Origin: Vicugna vicugna
Lineage: Eukaryota
Assembly: GCA_013265495.1 (NCBI GenBank)
Contig: MU061538.1
Coordinates: forward strand, 496,001-560,000
Reading direction: 5' to 3'
DNA: 64,000 nucleotides
Part shown: one piece after another, positions 61,460 to 64,000 of the stretch
Layout: the number at the start of each line of letters is the position of its first letter
How positions within the stretch are numbered: position 1 is the first letter of the stretch
Notes under the pieces: generated by a model
The model's input: the letters and a program-made list of their open reading frames with translations, nothing else
Database searches by the model: none
What the model was told of the DNA's origin: nothing
Position numbers and translations under genes: made by a program

Positions 61460-64000
61460 AGGAAGGAAGACAGCGCCTGGCTTGAGCCGCACCCCGTCTG
61501 TGTTCCTGCTTTCCCTGGGGTCTGCGACCCTCTGGCCGCCCCAGCGGCTCTGGACGACGTGGCCAGGGTCCTCCTCGCGCTACTGTAGAGCCAGGGTGGC
61601 CGCGCGGGGTCCGCACCACCTTGGTGACTGAGGGACTGGACCGGGCTGCCCCTCGGGCCCCCGCCCATCCCATCCGAACAGGGTCCTCACACCTCGTTGT
61701 GGCTCCTGGTGATAGAGGGCGAGGAAAGCGAGAGGGGCAGGGAGGGTGGCCGCGGAGGCCGCGTCTTCGGGACTGGCCCGGGCTGCAGCGCTCAAGGCCA
61801 GGCTGCTCGTGGGCTCCCGGAGCCTCTTGGCGCGTCGCCGCGGGTTGGGAGTTGGCGCGTGTCAGCCGGCCGAGCGCTCCCAGAGGCGGCGCGCCGTCCC
61901 CGGACCCGCGAGCCCCGCCGCCCATGTGCCTGGCCGACCCCAGGCCGGCGGCGAATGGAGGCGCGGCCGCAGCGGCCGTCAGAACTGAGCCCTCCCCGCC
62001 GCGCCCCGCGAGACACTGCGCTGGGCCGCGACGAAGACGCAGCGCCCGCGCTCACTTCCCCGATGTCCCAGGGCCCTATGACTGCAGCGGGCTCTGGCCG
62101 CGAGGGCCAGGCGCTCCGGTGCCCTTACGGCCGAGCGCGGGGCCTGGGCACGTCCCCCCTGCTCGCCCCGTGCCTGGCGCGGGGTCTCCGGACCCCACGA
62201 CGTCCCCAGCACCGCGGAGGCCAGCCCTCTCGCCCTGGAGAGGATTTCCCTGTCCTCCGCCCCTAGGGTTCTGAGACCCCCTCCACCCACCCAGGGCTGG
62301 GGAGTCCCCGGAACCCACCTACCCAGATATAAACGCGCTCGCGCGCGCGCGCGCACACAGGCCGTTGCTATGGAGAGGCGGGTTCCCAGCCAGGCTGAGG
62401 GCGGCAGGTCCCCTCCCGAAGCCTCTCTTCCCTCCCAACCCTCTCTCCCCCATTCTACTCCCTCGCCCCACCAGGACTCCCCAGGTTCCCTCCCGCCTCC
62501 TCCGCGCACCCCCGTTCTCTCCACCCCTCTAGGGTCAGGACAGGGTTCGCCCGGGAGGCTGGAGAGGTACGCCCAGGCCCCGGGAGCGAGGGCCGACCCG
62601 AGCCCCGTGGAGGGCTGCAGGGAGGGACATAAACCTCAGCCAGTAGGATCTCTGGCCCTAGATGGCCGCCCCTGGCGCAGCGCGGGGCGTGGGCTCTGGG
62701 AGTGGGGGATCGGACAGCTCTCAGGGAGGCCGGACAGGTGGACAGAGGGCTGGGATCCGCAGGCCCTGCCCCGGCGGGAGGACGTGAGAGCCGGGGTGGC
62801 TCCCCTCGCCTGTCCTGCCCACTGTATGGGGGCTAGGTGCCCCCACGGTGGACAACCCGAGAGGAGCCGCAGCTCCCATTTGGTCTCCCCGGGACGCTTC
62901 TCGAAGCCTGGCGAGGCGGCATGGAAGCCTTCTGCCCCAGGCGAGCTCCGGCCCACTCAGGCCTACCGGGCCTGGGCTCTGCAGCGCTCAACTCCTAGCC
63001 CCTATAAATACCAAATAAAAGTAAATCTCGCTTAGGCCTTCGATCCGAGAAAGGGAGTCCTTTGGACGCTTTTAGACAGGCGCTCGACGACGTCTGTTGG
63101 CGACCCCTTCCCCTGAGCCCTGGCCCAGGGGGCTGTGCACCTCTGTTTCCCGGAGAGACGCGCGACGGCGAGGCCCTCGGCGCAGGGCAGGCCTGGGGGC
63201 AGCGCCTGCGGGAAGGGAGGGCGAGGGAGCGGCGCAAGCTCGGCGGCGGGGCTGCCCGAGGTGGGGGCGGGGGCCGAGCTTGCCCAGCAGGGGCCGGAGC
63301 GGGCGCAGGGGCCGCCGGGTGTGGGCGGGAGGGGCGTCGGGTTAGGAGGGGCCGCCTTGCTAGGCGAGGGCCGCCGTCTCCAGCTGTCCCGAGCGCAGGA
63401 ACAATGGGGAGGCGGTGGGAGAGGGGGACCGGGAGGAGGGCGTCAGGGTTTCCAGAAAAGGAGAAACTAAAGAGCCCTCCGCAGACTGTCATCTGCATGT
63501 GACAAGATCGCTCCCCCACTCCTTTCTTTCTTCCCCTTGTTCCTGCAGCTGTGGGCCGCGGAGAGAGCATTGTACACACAGATGTTGGGTTTCTGCTCTC
63601 CGCTCTCGGCTGCTCCGCGGGGGGCGCCGCGCACCGGGGGTGCCCCAACCTGTGGCTGCGAGCAGGGGTCCAGAGTGTGGGGAGGGAGAGTGTGGGAGAA
63701 AGGGCCGCGGGAGCGCGACGGGGCGGCGGGGAGCCGGCGGGAGGCCAATCACTGAGCCCTACGGGCCCGCTCGCCCCACCGCCCGCCCCCCAGGCCCCAG
63801 CTCGGCCTGTCGCGTCGCGGACCAGACTCTGACTCGCGCCCTGGGCCCGCGCTTGAGGTCAGGGAGCTTCGGGAGGCGCGAGCGCCTGGGAGCGCGGCCC
63901 TGTGACCCCGCTCCGCTCCACCTGCCGGCAAGGCCTTGGACCTGTGAAGACCGGACAGAGCTCGATTTCCTCCTTTTCCCCGCCGCCTCAGTCAGCTTTG
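61460..64000. promoter_or_regulatory. CpG island, probable promoter of a gene continuing beyond the window
   Basis: More than 2.5 kb of dense CpG. NF-Y-type GGCCAATCA 63743-63751, GC boxes near 63780-63790, TATAAATA 63003-63010. No recognisable coding exon inside the window. Confidence 0.9.
62334..62358. repeat. (CG)n/(CA)n alternating tract with Z-DNA potential
   Basis: cgcgctcgcgcgcgcgcgcgcacac, directly after TATAAA at 62328-62333. Confidence 0.85.

Noticed and set aside
1-64000. CRISPR arrays, operons, phage or defence systems
   Set aside because: The DNA is mammalian (MIR, L1, L2, MLT, tRNA-SINE). There are no repeat-spacer arrays and no gene-dense coding structure.

Overview
This is mammalian DNA, not microbial. 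It is probably camelid, based on a tRNA-Ala(AGC)-derived SINE with target-site duplication at 43783-43870. The window is GC- and CpG-rich (about 60-65% GC by eye, not computed), like a subtelomeric isochore. I cannot name any protein-coding gene. The hundreds of overlapping Pro/Arg/Gly/Ala-rich ORFs are what GC-rich non-coding DNA produces, and the few with recognisable motifs are decayed L1 ORF2, MIR or MLT translations. Supported content: (i) old eutherian repeats (five L1M 3' fragments, four MLT1 and one MLT2 LTR, a Tigger-type MITE, MIR, L2), including two nested stacks; (ii) microsatellites, including (GGGGCC)5 on the minus strand; (iii) about ten short AT-rich islands dense in homeodomain, Fox, Sox, Meis, T-box and NK motifs that resemble developmental enhancers; (iv) an anomalous AT-rich block at about 59.26-61.45 kb containing ATTAAA followed by A13; (v) a CpG island from about 61.46 kb to the window end with TATA, CCAAT, GC-box and E-box elements. 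Best leads: all ten L1/LTR insertions I recognise lie on the minus strand, suggesting the window is a long intron of a plus-strand transcript that may end in the AT-rich block. The old L1 copies also look rewritten toward G/C and CpG, consistent with GC-biased gene conversion. I found no evidence of a CRISPR-like or other novel genetic system. Repeat subfamily names come from remembered consensus sequences, and conservation is inferred rather than measured.
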